A DNA stretch of 64,000 nt from Clostridia bacterium (GTDB taxonomy: Bacteria; Bacillota; Clostridia; Oscillospirales; Acutalibacteraceae), in assembly GCA_017416345.1 (NCBI GenBank), contig JAFQCR010000004.1, positions 51,783 through 115,782 of the forward strand, given 5' to 3'. Below are positions 62,757-64,000 of this stretch, in pieces. Position 1 is the first letter of the stretch; every line of letters starts with the position of its first letter. A program made the position numbers and the translations under genes. The notes under the pieces are model-generated. The model had not been told where the DNA came from. It was given only the letters and a program-made list of their open reading frames with translations, and did not search any database.

Positions 62757-64000
62757 ATGATTTCTGGTAAAATCCGAGTGCTGGCAGTTGTTTTCGTAAC
62801 ATTACTGATGGTATCACTTTTTGCCATGCCGACCGTATCGGCTAATGAGCTTGAAGGTACCACCGGAAGTTCCGAATCTACCGGCAACAACTCAATGGGC
62901 ACCGATAAGTCCGCTGAGTACCAAAAGTATCTTGATTCCATAGCGCAGTACGGCTATGCGAAGGAGGATATTGTTATTGATCCCGTAAAGGACATCAAGG
63001 AGAAGCTCGAGGACACATTCGAGGGTGCCGAAGGCAACGAGAGTGTTATCATCGAGAAGACTTATGAGGTCCTCATGGATCCCATAACTCAGAAGAAGGA
63101 GACTGTGAACTGTCTTGTCTGGAGGGATAATGCCAAGTTCCAGCAGCAGGGCAAGGTCACTTATGAGATCAGTGTACCTGCAGACGGTATCTATAACCTT
63201 GCGTTTACATATCTGCCGCTCAATAAGACCGGCGGCAATCTGAACGCCGAGGACGACAAGACCAGCACCAGCCCTGTTGAGCTCGCTGTCATGATCGACG
63301 GCAAGATCCTCTATCCGGGTCTTGATGCTCTGTCGCTGCCCCGTATGTTTGTCAACGACGGTTCTACCGCTGAAAATCCCAGCGGCGATGTCCGTAAAGA
63401 TACCATCGGTAACGAGCTGACTCCCGAGCAGAGGGAGTACGGCGAGTTTGTCACGCAGTATGCCACCGACCCTGTCGGTGTTATTGCCGACCCCTATAAG
63501 GTTCTGCTTACAGCCGGAACTCACCTCATCACCGTTGAGTCGGTGTATGAGCCCTTTGCCCTTGCAAGCATTATATTGAAGGCTCCCGCTGTCACCCCCA
63601 CTTATGAGGAGTATGCCAACAAGAATTCGGGTGCCGCTGATTATTCCGGCGCTGCCGTTGAGGTAGAGGGCGAGGATGCTTGGCTCAAGTCCACCAACTC
63701 GCTTGTTTCCAAGGCTGACAACAGCTCTTGCGATATTTCTCCCAACAGCCCCGTTAAGTCTATTCTTAACTATATCGGAAGCACCAACTGGCAGGTTCCC
63801 GGTGAGTCTCTGACCTGGAAATTCACCGTTCCCGAGACCGGTTTGTATACCTTTGGTATGAACTACAAGCAGGTCGCAGTTATTGACGGCTTCACCTACC
63901 GTTCAATGGCTATCGACGGCGAGATCCCGTTTGAGGAGTGTAAGAACCTCAGATTTGACTATTGCACAAGCTGGGAGTTCAAGACTTTCGGCACCGCAAA
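62757..64000 (+). CDS. secreted protein with repeated carbohydrate-binding-module-like domains (partial; runs off the 3' edge)
   Basis: This ORF is not in the supplied track. ATG 62757 follows GAAGGTGAAG, and the frame stays open for 414 codons to the window end. The signal peptide is MISGKIRVLAVVFVTLLMVSLFAMPTVSA. The strings GIYNLAFTYLP and GLYTFGMNYKQ recur and resemble CBM6/35-type beta-sandwich strands. Confidence 0.75.
   Translation, partial: MISGKIRVLAVVFVTLLMVSLFAMPTVSANELEGTTGSSESTGNNSMGTDKSAEYQKYLDSIAQYGYAKEDIVIDPVKDIKEKLEDTFEGAEGNESVIIEKTYEVLMDPITQKKETVNCLVWRDNAKFQQQGKVTYEISVPADGIYNLAFTYLPLNKTGGNLNAEDDKTSTSPVELAVMIDGKILYPGLDALSLPRMFVNDGSTAENPSGDVRKDTIGNELTPEQREYGEFVTQYATDPVGVIADPYKVLLTAGTHLITVESVYEPFALASIILKAPAVTPTYEEYANKNSGAADYSGAAVEVEGEDAWLKSTNSLVSKADNSSCDISPNSPVKSILNYIGSTNWQVPGESLTWKFTVPETGLYTFGMNYKQVAVIDGFTYRSMAIDGEIPFEECKNLRFDYCTSWEFKTFGTA

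Noticed and set aside
62892-63524. 210-aa minus-strand ORF in the track.
   Set aside because: It is the antisense shadow of the signal-peptide-bearing plus-strand ORF that starts at 62757. It has no RBS and a low-complexity translation.
1-64000. Mobile elements, prophage, defense islands, toxin-antitoxin pairs and biosynthetic clusters.
   Set aside because: I recognised no integrase, transposase, recombinase, phage structural, restriction-modification, Cas, or NRPS/PKS/RiPP signature in any of the supported ORFs. The only mobile-like DNA consists of the non-autonomous hairpin repeat families.

Overview
A 64-kb chromosomal window of about 50% GC. Gene content, strong AGGAGG-type ribosome-binding sites (RBS) and stem-loop/T-tract terminators suggest a Clostridia (Oscillospiraceae/Ruminococcaceae-like) anaerobe; that assignment is inference only. 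I find no rRNA, tRNA, CRISPR array, IS element or prophage. Most of the window is core metabolism and information processing: galM, an ACT/UPF0210 pair, citrate synthase, fba, glyA, secA, hpt, DAHP synthase, an ABC-F ATPase, a MATE pump, pyruvate:ferredoxin oxidoreductase (PFOR), the rimP-nusA-ylxR-ylxQ-infB-rbfA-nrnA-truB-ribF operon, rlmB and eno. Accessory content is as follows. (1) A six-gene cytoplasmic hexuronate/glycoside operon at 6.7-15.7 kb (GH115-like, uxaC, GH94-like, SDR, uxuA, GH39-like) with a divergent AraC regulator. (2) Two tandem GH16 lipoprotein paralogs. (3) A type I dehydroquinase-like/SDR/AraC module. (4) An HTH-NfeD-flotillin operon followed by four small membrane-protein genes separated by hairpin-repeat arrays. 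(5) A four-gene operon (HprK-like P-loop protein, RlmB, a 951-aa degenerate P-type-ATPase-like protein, an O-antigen-ligase-family protein). The observations most worth follow-up are three. First, the catalytically dead P1B-ATPase scaffold with a roughly 400-aa disordered head, translationally coupled to a Wzy_C-family protein. Second, a dispersed family of GTAGGG-led GC-rich hairpins, often in head-to-head doublets (REP/REPIN-like architecture), at six loci including inside the infB-rbfA operon. Third, a second repeat family that builds a dense multi-hairpin, cloverleaf-like array at 43.1-43.3 kb. A secreted-protein ORF that runs off the 3' edge (62757->64000) is absent from the supplied ORF track. 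All functional calls come from reading the translations against remembered family motifs; no database search was run.
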